From Lama glama (taxonomy: Eukaryota), in contig CM052817.1 in the NCBI GenBank assembly GCA_028534125.1, positions 2,296,001 through 2,360,000 on the forward strand: a DNA stretch of 64,000 nucleotides, in the 5' to 3' direction. A program made the position numbers and the translations under genes. Position 1 is the first letter of the stretch. Every line of letters starts with the position of its first letter. The notes beneath the pieces were generated by a model, which had not been told where the DNA came from, did not search any database, and was given only the letters and a program-made list of their open reading frames with translations. Shown one piece after another: positions 35,341 through 46,795 of the stretch.

Positions 35341-36749
35341 CTCATCTCATCCTCTGCTTAAATGAAGCTTGGATTATTTGCACCTCAGAATCCTTTAAAC
35401 CAAGCAGGCTTCAAAGCACTTTCCATGTCTTTCCTGGGAGCACAAGGAGACCTGCTGATCCCTTGCACAGAGGTCACCTACAAGGACTTCCAGGCAAGTG
35501 GGTCCTTGGGTGATCCAGGCCAGAACAGTTCCCTCTGCCAGCAGGCAGTAGGAAGACAAGGAATTTATGTTTTGGAAACCCGCCCCCTCCCCAAAACCTG
35601 ATGCAACTAGAGACAAAGCAGTTTGTCACACAGAATGATGTACATTTTTAAAACAATTTCAAGTTTAAAAAATTCACTGATTTTCTGTCACCCACCTCAA
35701 AAAATACCAGTGAAAAAGAAAGAAAATACATATTCCATCATTTAAAAATCAAAACACTTTCTCTTCCAGGATTTGAATCACCACGCCCCAACTCACATGT
35801 GGGTTTTCCGAGAATGTCTCATTCATTTAACTATTTTGCAACCTGGGGGAATAAATTGTCAGTCACGCGCTATTTCGAGAACAGAAGCTTCTGTGGGAGA
35901 CGCCGGGGAGGCTCTGAGCGCTGGCGTCGGGGACAGAACCTCGCCGCCGGTAGCAGGACAGCCGCCGGTGCCCCCCCAAACCACAAGCGTTCTTGGTGCA
36001 GAGAGATCACCTGCTACACGGATTGACCTCTGGGGGACCCCATGTCCCCTCTGCAGAGACCAACAAGTCTTGGCAAGTTTGGAAAAAATGTAATAAGATC
36101 ATAAAGATCTGGGCTCACCACCTCCTGTGATGGCTTCATTTCGTTTTGGAATTGCAAACCTCCAGCCACTTAGTAAAACAAAGAAAGGACAGATTTTTGA
36201 GGGGGAAAGCATGTCGGCTTAATCTCCGAGCTTAAAGAGAGGAAGGTTCGCAGCAGATTTAAATGGTTTTAGCATATGCTGCTCTCCTTGTGAGGAATAC
36301 GAACGTGACCACACAGGCGGCTTTTCTGGGCGGTTTAATGCGTTATATAAGCACGTTTATATAAATGTTTTCCTGGGTTGGATAAATAGCGTTTTTCTAT
36401 TTAAATTTAATCTGGGTCCTTGAGAATGAATTTTACTGATCTTTTTGTAAGCCTGGAGATTTATCCTTGACGCAAATTTCAAACGTGTAATGAAATGTCA
36501 CTGAGTTCATGAGTCTCTAGCGAGAACTTCCAGAAGCATTCAAGAGAAGGATGGACAGGAGGATTTTTGGAGCATATACTGTGTGCTGTATGTCCTGTAC
36601 AGCAGGAAACAAAGGGCCAAATTCCTGCACCCTGGAGCTTGCAGCCAAGCAGGAGAGACTGACACTAAATGGGCAAATGCGAGTGCTGGGAGGAGCCATG
36701 TGCTAAGGGGAAAATGAGCTCTGGGCAAGGGTGATGGAGGAAATGTGTC

Positions 36750-37520
36750 TGTGGTGCAGGTGGGGGGCTATTCTCCATGTCCACCTTCCCCACAGAGGGT
36801 CACTGATGCAGGAAATTAAAGGAAGCGATGGTGAGCTATGGTGACATCGCAGGAGAGTTCCAGATGGAGGGAAGAGCACGTGCAAAAGCCCTGGGGCAGA
36901 AGCCGGTACAGGAAAGGAATAGCCAGGCATGGGCAAGGGAGGAGAGGAAGGAGCAGGCTCAGGCCCTGCGGGACCTCAAGGCCACAACAGGGACTTTGGA
37001 ATTTACTCTGAGTGAGGTAGGAGCTCACCAGGGGAGGTTCTGAGCAGAGGAATGACACATTTCTGCCTTCGGTCCTCCTCTGCTGAGGCACGGAGGAAGG
37101 GCAGAAGCAGGAGACCAGGGAGTACGATGGGGTGGGTGAAGCAGAGGGGTCAGCCCTTGATGCATATTGAAGGCAGAGTCAAGAGGATTTATCGACAGCT
37201 CGTAGATTGGAGGGGAGAGGGAAGAATCAAGGATGGCCCAAGGAGTACGGCGGCGGCAGGCGGAGAGGGGAAGGCTGAAAGGGTCAGACTTGAATCGGGA
37301 CTCACAGGGCTGACTAGTTTAGTGGTACTTCTTAGAGCACCAAGCAGAGTTGGCCGGATGCACAGGCCTGGCGTTCCTGGGTGATGTCCAGGCTAGAGGG
37401 GCAAATTCAAGGCTGGAAGGAGCACACAGACTGCTGAGCCTGGACGGGGGCAGCTGGCTGCGTGGGAGACGGGCGTGGGACCCGTGTGGACAGACCAGCT
37501 GGGAGTGCAGGCATGCGGAG
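36750..37520 (-). mobile_element. L2 LINE fragment
   Basis: gttccagatggagggaagagcacgtgcaaaagccctgggg...ggactttggaatttactctgagtgag...gaatcaaggatggcccaagg are L2 motifs. Confidence 0.72.
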
Positions 37521-39857
37521 CTCAGGTGCTGGAGCCAGGAACGACCCTGGCTTTGCACCAGCTCTGCCAGGTCCTACCTGGGGACAGATCAAGTGACTCA
37601 GCCTCTCTCTGCCTCCATTCCTCCACCTTGAAGTAGGGTACAGTGGGGTAGCACCCACCTCACTGCACACTAAGGTGGGGACAGGTGGTACCCTGCATGC
37701 AAGAAAGGTGTCGCCCCTGCTGGGAGGGGTGGGAACCTGCGCGGAAGCGGGCAGGCTTCTCTCAAGCAGCCTGGAAGGGAGGGATGGCACGAGGTCCCCT
37801 GGAATCAGGGTGCGCCTGGGGCCAGGGGACCACAGAGAGGGTCTGAGGGCAGAGGCCAGGGATGTGCTGCGGACCAGCTGGCCTGGTCAGCGGCCGAGCT
37901 GGATGCCAGGCCATGTCTCTGGGACTTAGGTGTCCAGAGTGGGAATGACAAGGCTAGCTGGATCTTGTGCTACAAACCTGGCGTGTGCCAAGGGCCCAGG
38001 GCCTGCTGCCACCTCGATGGCTGAGTCCGGGTAATGGGTTCATTGTTCTAATGGCCCTTGGGCCTCAATCCTGCCCACCCCATCCCAGTCTCAGGCGTCA
38101 TCTCTGCCGTGGTTCTCTCGTGACCATTCACAAGGGGTTTGGGGGCACGATCACCTCATGTAGCCCTCCTGCTGAGGGTCATGAGGCAGAGACAGGACAT
38201 CGAACAGATCTGAACAGATCTTGGAAGGGAGGCTCAGAGAGGTTAAGTGACTCCCAAGGTCACACAGTGAACAAATATATTAACAGAGTATGAACGCAGG
38301 TCAGTATCTCCCAGGATGGAGCCCGGGGCCCATCAGGAGCCCACCTGGGAGAGGAAAGCAGCCCCCAACCATTAGGCACCTACTATGTGCCTGGCCCGTG
38401 GGAGTCACAGACAGGTGCCTTCACACATCATTCTGCCCGTGGGCACGCTAACTCCCAACCGTAGAAGAAACTGAGTGTGGGGGTGGTTCCTCCAGGCCCG
38501 TCGGGGCACACCCCGCCCTGGCTGCATCTGGGAAGCCCTCCTGGCCCATCCACCTGGGAGGCGGCATGGGTCCAGGTGTGAGCACCACCTGCCTGGGCGC
38601 CAACAGCTCGTGCCAGTGCAGTGGTCCGGGGCCGGCCTGCCCTACTCGCCTGTGCTGGGGACGGTGGGGACAGGGCGGGGGGAGCAGGCAGTGCCGACCT
38701 CCCAGGTAGAGCTGGACTGGGGCGGGGTTCTCCCGCGCTGACCTGCCCACCTCGCCCAGCTCTTCATTGTCTACATCTTGGCCCCGCCCTCCCAGCTGTG
38801 GGACCTGGAGAAACCCCAAGCCCCGTTGCTTCCACTGGAAGATGGGGGTCACAGTGCGTGGGGTCAGCAGTCACCGTCTGCCCAGGCCTGAGCTCCATCT
38901 CTGGGGGGCACCCTGGTGTCATCGCCCTCAGCAGTGGGTGTCTTTGGCTGGGACCTGTAGTCCCCATTTTCAAGGCTCTGCTGCCTCCCTTGGCCACTCG
39001 ACGTGACATGGCCAGGCTGGAGCACGAAGCCCCGTGTTGGATTCCTGGCCATTGCTGCGCGCTCACACCCAGCTCGGGAAGCGTCAATGCTCATGAAAAA
39101 GATCCTCAGCCTGTGGGGACGTCCGGTCCCCACAGAGGGTGCAGTATTCATTAATGTTCTGATAATCATTAATATTGTTAGAATGTAACATGATGCCGAG
39201 GCTGAAAGGACACGCTTGTTGGGAAAATACACGGGTAAACACGTGAGCCGTGCAGGTGCCGGTGTCGCCCGAGTGTCCCCACCCCGACTCGTCTCCTTAC
39301 TCCTCCCAAACTGCTGGGCGCCAGGTGCCAGGGCCCCCGCTGGGTGGCTGCTGAGTCCAGGGTCACTCTGTGTCCACCAAGCACCTGACTTTTCAGCATC
39401 CGAGGATGCAGCTCATCACCCCAGAAACACTTTCCTGTCAGCTCCCAGGACCCCACTGTGGGCCCCTGCCCCCAACTCCCGGGCTCTCCCCTCCCTCCAG
39501 CTCCCCTGCATGTGCCTCCCTGCTACTGTGTCTTCTCACCTCTGATTACGCCCCTTCCTTGGGGCTGTCTGTCCCCTGCTGACACATCCCCCGTGCACGT
39601 CTCCCATGTGGGCCACTGCCCACCTCCAGCCCTGCCCGCCCACCCCGGGCTGTCTCCACTGGACACCCAGAGGCGTCTCAGACCCCGCCTGCAGGACCCC
39701 GTGGTCCTGCCCAGCTGGTCGTCGCCTTTGGACTCGCTCAGGCACATGAGATCAGTTTTACTGGGACAGGACACCCTGACCCGCCGAGAGAAGAAAGGCA
39801 GGACCCTGCTATGTGCAGCTCAGAAGGAGAAGAGGCTCATTAATAAAGCACGCGTAC

Positions 39858-39962
39858 GGGGGGGAGCGGTGTGCAGCTCAGGGGGAGAGCGAGTGCTTAG
39901 CTGGCACGAGGCCCTGGGTTCAGTCCCTAGTCCCTCCACTAACAGAACTAAACTACAAAAAC
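39858..39962 (+). mobile_element. Diverged vic-1-like SINE, adjacent to or inside an MLT1 fragment (39965-40170)
   Basis: ggggagcggtgtgcagctcagggggagagcgagtgcttagctggcacgaggccctgggttcagtccctagtccctcc plus an A-rich tail, followed by cagctctggcggctggaagtcaaagggcaagg (MLT1). Confidence 0.75.
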
Positions 39963-40889
39963 ATGTTCCAGCTCTGGCGGCTGGAAGTCAAAGGGCAAGG
40001 CGCACTTCCAGCACAGCGGCCCGCGTGGCCGGACTCTGCTGGGGACCTCTTCCTGGCTTGCGTCTGGCTGTGGGCTCCCCGGCCTGCCTTGTGCTCGCTC
40101 GGGGAGGGAGAGAGTGAAGGACAGAGAAAACGCTGGTGTCTTTTCTTGTAAGAGCTCCAATCCCATCCTGGGGGCAGGCTGGGCTGGGGACCCGGGGAAG
40201 ACCTGCTTGGTGGCCCAGGCTCCCTGGGGAGGACGAGGTCGGGGCTTGCTCTCAGCAGGCGGGCTGGGCTTTGGGGTGCAGGAGCCTGAGGGGCCTTCTG
40301 CCCCTCTCAGCCAGCTGTGCCCCGGATGCACGCCTCACAGCCTCTCGTCTGTCACCGGGCTCCCGTGAGCCTGGCTCTGTGCCTCACAAGGGGGACACAC
40401 AGCACTTCGGGCTCCTGGCCGCCGTGGGGAGCCCTGCGTCTCTCAGGGGCTATGGGACCGAGAGAGCGAAGCAATTGAGTGAAAATACATAGGCCATTGC
40501 CCCGAAGCCTGCGGCCCCAGCCTGGGCATGGCCACCGGGGGCCCCTGGTCCTGGGCTGAAGCCCACCCTCCGCCACCTCCCTTGGGCCCCTCGGGAAGCT
40601 GCCGCACCCTCTCCAGCCTCATCCTTGCTGCCCCCCTGCTGCCTGCTCCCCCTTCCCCATCGGGTCCTCTCAGCCCTCCAGGCTGGGGCGTCCCCGCCAG
40701 CACCCACCAGACAGCCAGGCCTTGCTCAGCATCCACCCCCCGCCTCCCCTCCCATCCCCCTCAGTTCCCTGTCCAGGTGATACTCTGATGACACCGAGAA
40801 AAGCCAGAAACAGGAGTTGCACGGTCTGCCCTGCCTTTCCCGCTTCCAGTAAACCACGCCCTGATCCATCACAAGCCCATCGGTCCTCA

Positions 40890-41378
40890 TCCTGCGAGCT
40901 TCCCGTGGTCGCTGTGACAAATCACCCCACGCTCAGAAGCTTAAAGCAACACAAGTGCGACCCCTCACTGCCTGGAGCCAGGGTCCCGAAGTCAGGGTGT
41001 CGGCAGGGCCGGTGCCCGCTGGAGCTTCCGTCTCCCTTCTCCAGGGGAGAATCCGCTTCCTGCCCCTTCCAGCTCCTAGACCCGCCCACGTTCCGTGGCT
41101 CAGGGCCCCTTCCTCCGTCTTCAGAGTCAGCAGTGCCCCATCCGCGAATCTCTCTCTTCTGTCCTCACATCTTCTGTCTCTGACCCTCCTCCCCTCCTCT
41201 TACAAGGGCCCCCACAGTCACACGAGGCCCACCTGCTCCATCTGGAATGGTCTCCCCATCCCAAGGCTTCCCCTCCATCACGTCTGCAAAGTCCTCCTAA
41301 GCCACGTAAAGTAACACATGCCCGGAATCCGAGGCCTGGGCCGTGGGCGGCCGTGGGCGCCACTGTCCACCCGCTCAG
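40890..41378 (-). mobile_element. MaLR solo LTR (MLT1C-like)
   Basis: gctgtgacaaatcacc...gcttaaagcaacacaa...ggggagaatccgcttcctgccccttccagctcctag...tctgcaaagtcc. Confidence 0.8.
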
Positions 41379-41589
41379 CCAAGCCCGTGCGGCTGGGCTC
41401 TGGGCTGGTTTCTGACCCATCGCCTCACCAAGAAGCTGGTGGGTCCACTTCCTCGGGTGAAACCCTACACATGGAATTTCTGGGGGAAAAGGAAGAGGAA
41501 ATTCCAAGGTTTTAAAATACATTTTACCCGTTTCTCCCCTCGCAGGCCGTGGGGCTGACGCTTCCTTTGCACTCACAGTCCTGGGGTCA

Positions 41590-41935
41590 TCCAGTGTCGG
41601 GCCAGCCAGGCTGCGGTACCAGCACAGCCAACGGGGTGGCTTATCCACAGCAGACGTCTCCTGCTCGCAGCTCCGGGGGCGGGACGTCCCAGACGAGGGT
41701 GCCAGCGTGGTCCAGGTCTGCCGAGGGCCTCTTCCAGTGGCCGGCGCCGACGGCGCTCCGAGTCCTCACGGGGAGAGGGGTGGGGGAGCTCCCAGGGCCT
41801 CTTCTACGAGGGTGCTAATCCCATTCACGGGGACTCCCTCCTCGTGACCCAGTGCCCCCAAAGCCCTCTCCTAAGACCATCACTAGGGGCAGCATTTCCA
41901 CAAATGGATCCTGGGGAGACACAACAGACCCTGGC
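41590..41935 (-). mobile_element. MaLR solo LTR (MLT1A-like), GC-shifted
   Basis: gggtggcttatccacagcagac...agggtgccagcgtggtc...gggtgctaatcccattcacgggg...taagaccatcac. Confidence 0.75.
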
Positions 41936-44149
41936 CTGGAGTGCGGGGTTGTGTCACTTCGATGTCACGTAGGTGGACGGGGGTACTTTGTGCCCGTCCT
42001 GTGGACTGCTCCGCCCAGCTGACCCCGCTGCCCTCGTCCCCAGGTGTCCTGCTCTGGAGTCAGACTTGGACCCCCGCCCCGGCTCTGAACCTCATGCTCC
42101 CCTGGTCTGCAGGCCGAGGCAGCGGCCCCCACCCGGCTGCAGGAGGACACCGGGGCTGCTGCCCGTCGGCCGATGGCAGCTGCAGAGCTGGCGAAGGGCA
42201 GGGTGGGGGCAGAAGCAGGGTCCTGGCGCTGGCCCCGGCGTGCGTGCGTCGGGCCGAGGCGAGCTTCGCTCACAGGGACCCCACCCACCTCGGGGAGCAG
42301 GGACACAGTCAGAGCAGCCTGCTTCTCAGCTAGCACGTCAGGTGACTCACTTTGAGAAGTTATTTTTAAGTGACTCAAAGGCTGGTGAGGAAGCCGCCTG
42401 ACAGCAGCGGTAATTACCGCCCCCGATGCCGAGCTGGCCCGCGGGGTTCCCACGGGTGCCGAGCCCCCCACATCTCTGCCGGCAAACCTGGCGCCTGGGG
42501 TGCAGCAGTACCCCCGGGAGCCTGAGAACCCAGGAAGGCAGCTCGGGCCCTGCTCCCCAAGCCCACCAGGAGACAGTCCAAGAGTCTCCCTGACCAGCAC
42601 CCAGGGTCTGATTCCCAATCCTTCTCAGCTTCACGGCCCCGCAGGGAAGAGCGCTGCGCCCTGAACCAGCCCCGCGTCCAGCAGCCCACTGGCTCGCCCT
42701 CCCGGTCTCAGCCTCTGCAGATCCCGACCATTGTCCAAGGCCCACCTCCAATGCCCATGTGCCAAGAGCTCCCTCCCCACCGCCCCCATCCCCCATCCCT
42801 TCCCGCCATGGTCAGCATCAAACTTTGCCTCCTCTTACAATGTCAGCACTTATGGAGAAGCTGGACAAGTTGGAGGCAGGTGAAAAGTGCCTTGATTCTT
42901 TCTCATCCTCCAGATGCATGCACACACATGCACACTCATGCACCACACACGTGCAGGCACACTCATGTACCACACACGCGCGCACGTGCACACACCCACC
43001 CCCTGCTGCTGAACGCCCTGGCCCGTCTCAGGTGATGCCTGCTTCTCCCCTGGAGCTCAGGTAAGGAGTCCAGGAGGCTCTAAGACAGAAACTGCAGACT
43101 TTGGCCCCATCTGAAGCAGCTCCCTCTCCCCAGCCTGTGCTTGAAATGCCCCCGACGCGCCAGGCAGGGTAAGGCACAGCTCTCTCCCTTGCTCCCCGTG
43201 TGCGTCTGAGAGGGCTCCTTAGGCCCCCCGCCCAGGGAGCTCCAGGCAGATCGCGGTGGGTGAGCGGTCTGGGCGCTGAGGTCCTGGGGCCGGACGTCCA
43301 GAGCTGGCCCCTGGCTAGTGCACGTGGGGCCCCCGCTCCCCTCGGCGGTGCTGCCTTGCTCTCCCAGGTGCTTCCTCGGAGGGGACCCTTGTGAGAGGCC
43401 CCCTCTGGTCCCTTCTGTGGGGCCCACTTGGCTCTGTCTCACTTTCTCACCGGCTCCTCGCAGGGCAGGTTTCCCTCCTCCTTAACGTGCTTGCCTGTCT
43501 GGCTTCTGGGAGCGCCCTGCCCGCCTGCCCCCCGACTCTGTTTCTGGGTGCCCTGCAGCTGCGCCCCCTCTTCCCGGGGCGCCCAGGGCTGCCACCTGGG
43601 TGCCTCCCTCCCACGGCGGCCTCCCTCAGGACCAGGGCTGTGCAGTCCATCTCGAACCGGCTCGCGTGCCCATCTCCAGCCTGGCTCCCTGACCCAGACC
43701 CCTGAAGCCTGATGCCTCAGCAGCATCACCAGGGTCTGACACACAGGATTCTGACCACAACATGGCCCCTGGGTCCCCACCTCCCCTCCCCACCTGCTGC
43801 TCCAGCTTTCCTTCTTGAGTGGGGGCTCCACTTCCCCCAGGCCCCACCTTGGGTGGTGTTGGCTCTGTCTTCTCCCTGCGCTGGCTGCCCCTCTCCTCAC
43901 AGTGGTCCCATCTGGATGGCTGGAGTGGTCTCTGCTGCCACCTCGGTCCTGAAGTCTGTTCCAACAGAGCCTCTGGAGGGATCCTGGCGAATTCTAAACT
44001 GGCCATGTCACATGCCAGCCCAGGCCCTCCAACAGTCCAAGCCCCTCAGTAACCCCTCCCTGTGGCCCCTGGCCCCCAGGACTGGATGAGGTCTGACCCT
44101 ACGGCCTCGAGCTCATCAGCTCCCTGTACCCCTTCCATCTCATGCTGCT

Positions 44150-44590
44150 TCTGCTACGTCAGCTCTTGGCACTCTGTCCTTTTACAAGGGCCACCTCTGC
44201 CCCAGGGCCTTTGCACCTGCTGTGCCTTCTGCCTGCAATGCTCCCCTCTCCCCCAGAGGTTGTGCCTGGCTCCCTTATTCACCCCAGATTTTACCCAAAT
44301 ACCACTTTTAAGATGTGGAATCTAGAATTTTGACAGCCAGTCCCCAGCAGTGTGTCACTTTTTCTTTCTTGCTTTTCTTGTGTCTCTTTCTTTTATCACC
44401 ATCTAATCCATCACCTATTTCATCAATCTTGTTTTTATCCGTTTCACTCACAGAATCAAAGCACCGTGCAGACAGAAATTTTTGTTGGCTCCTGATGCAT
44501 CCCAGCCCCTTGTCTGGGGCCTAGCACAAGGTGAGTGCAAGATGAATGTCTACTGTGAATGAGTGAGTGAGTGAGTGAGTGAGTGAATTG
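44150..44590 (+). mobile_element. L2 3' end with (TGAG/TGAA)n tail
   Basis: ccagggcctttgcacctgctgtgccttctgcctgcaatgctc...gcctagcacaagg...tgaatgagtgagtgagtga. Confidence 0.75.
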
Positions 44591-45527
44591 ACAGATGTGT
44601 CCTAACCCTCCCAGCAGAAGTCTGACCACCCGAGTCTCATGCTGTCCCGGCCACGCACTGGTGGTCCGGCTGACAAGCCCCAGCGGAGCCCAGCCTGCCA
44701 GTCCTCCCGGCCGAGGGGCCAGGCATGAGTGCTACCATCTTGGGCCCTCCACTCAGACCACCCACCAGCCGAGTGCCACCAGGGACATCAGTAAGGCCAC
44801 TGGCAGAGCCCTGTCTGCAATCCTGACCTGCAGAGACATGAGCTAGAATTAGATGGCTTGTTTCGCACAACCAAACAGCAACAGGGAACCGGGACATGGG
44901 CGATGGGCCGGTGCGGCAGAACCAGCTCCAGGCTCTGCCCCCGCCAGGCCGCACAGGTGCTCCCTGCCTGCGTTGGAGGCATGAGCTCAGCACATGGCGT
45001 TTTGTGGTCAGCCTCTGGGTCCCTGGCTGAAATGGTGAGAGAATGGGAAAGCTCCCCACTACAGTGCCAGCGTTGGCGGCAGCGATAGTGATGACCACGC
45101 AGCTCATCACCGACGGCTCTCGGCCCGAGGCTGCTTGATGCTCTACCGACATGTCCTTGCTCGAGAGCAGCAAAAACCGTGAGAAGCGCTTACGCGCTGC
45201 TGGCCTCGTGTGAAAACCTTACTGGCAGCCTCTCCCACAGGAGCTCCATTTTACGGGTAAGGAACCTGCGACGGGGGGAGGTGATGCCCCCGTGCCCTCC
45301 CGGGGCCAGCAAGGGCCTCGCCAGGACCCGGACCCACCTCCCCGGCCAGCTCTGGTGCCTCCTCCCAGGCCTCCCGGGAGTTACTTGCAACCACACCGAC
45401 ATCTCCGTCCTCCTGGCCCACCAGTGGGTCTTGGGAAAATCCAACCAAATTGCAAGGGATTCGGTTTGGTGTAACATGAAAGCCATGGGACTCCTGACTG
45501 GTGTCTTGGGTCAGACATGTCCCCTCC

Positions 45528-45953
45528 GTGCGGTTTCCCGTGACTGTTGGAACAAAGCACCACAAAGCGGGGGCTTAAAACAGCAGCAATGGTTCTCTCG
45601 TGGCTCTAGAGGCCGGAAGTCTAAGGTGAAGGTGTCCCAGGGCCGGGCTCCCTCTGGAGGCTCTAAGGAAGATCCCTCCTTCTCTCCTTGGGTTTCTGCA
45701 GAAGCCCTTGGCGCTCCTGGGCTTGTGGCCGCATCGCCCCGGCCTCTGCCCTGTCTTCACCTGCCCTCTCCTCTGTGTGGGTCTCTCTCTTCCTCTTATA
45801 AGCACGTCAGTCCTGTGGGATTAGGGGCCACCCTAAGTCCTGGCTGACTTCATCTTAACTAATGACATCTGCAAAGACCCTATTTCCAGATGAGGCCACA
45901 TTCTGAGGTCCCAGGTGGACATGAATTTGGAGGGACATGTTCACTCCAGTACA
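45528..45953 (-). mobile_element. MaLR solo LTR (MLT1C/D-like)
   Basis: aacaaagcaccacaaa...ggcttaaaacagcag...ggattaggggccacccta...acatctgcaaagaccctatttccagatgaggccacattctgagg. Confidence 0.85.
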
Positions 45954-46660
45954 CTCTCTTGGAGCCCCCAGTCCCTCACCTGTCCAGGGAGGCTCATGTG
46001 GCCCCTTTCCTGGTCCACATGTTCTTGGGGAGAGGGTCCAAAGGGATTGTCTGGAATCCCCTCCCAGCCCTGTCCTTCCCAGCTGCCTCCCGCGCTCCAG
46101 CGTGGGAGCTGGCAGGGGCACGTGCGGGGCCTGGGTGGTGGGGCACCGATCTGGGCGGGGAGGCACCTTCCATGTTGTTACACAACACGCCTGCCCGCGA
46201 TATACTAACTCCCAGAGGGATCCCGGAAAGCCTGGGCGGGGTGTGCTCCACCCGGTGAGGTCTGGGCACCGGGATGCCAAGCCGCCGGCCTCCACCTCAC
46301 CCCACCCCGGCTCCAGGGCCTGGCAGCTCTCAAGGAATTGTTCCGCGGTGATGCGGGAGTCCTGGCGCAGGCTCCCGATGTGTGTTCAGGGCCGGCTGGA
46401 CCCGTCCCTTGGCATCCAGGGGCCCAGATGGGGGCTGGCCGAGGCTGTCTGGAGCCTGGCTCAGCCGCAGGGCTGAGGGCAGAAGGTAGCGCTCCAGGCA
46501 GCCCAGGTCCACGGGCAGGCTGGCCCCTGCCCTTCCTTGCTCTCCAGCTCTGGGAAGATTGTGTGCACTGAGCCTCCTGGCAACGTGCCACCTGAAAGGG
46601 ACACCGAGGGCAGGACTGCTCCGGGAGCTGGCTGCCGGCCCAGCCCTGCTCCACAGGGGT

Positions 46661-46795
46661 GCCGCCCCGCTGACCCTGGGAGGCTGTTCTGGGAGGCGGC
46701 CAGGATGCTGCCCTGCTGACCCCGGGAGGCTGTTCTGGGAGGTGGCCAGGATGCTGCCCCGCTGACCCTGAGAGGCTGTTCTGGAAGGCAGTCAG
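46661..46795. repeat. 46-bp minisatellite, ~2.9 copies
   Basis: Unit gctgccccgctgaccctgggaggctgttctgggaggcggccaggat starts at 46661, 46707 and 46753. Confidence 0.92.

Noticed and set aside
36130..36520. Identification as the known HMX1 'dumbo/crop-ear' enhancer
   Set aside because: As I recall, that element lies downstream of HMX1 on the CPZ side, and I cannot match its sequence here.
46661..46795. CRISPR-like repeat array
   Set aside because: The units are directly tandem with no unique spacers, there are no cas genes, and the context is eukaryotic.
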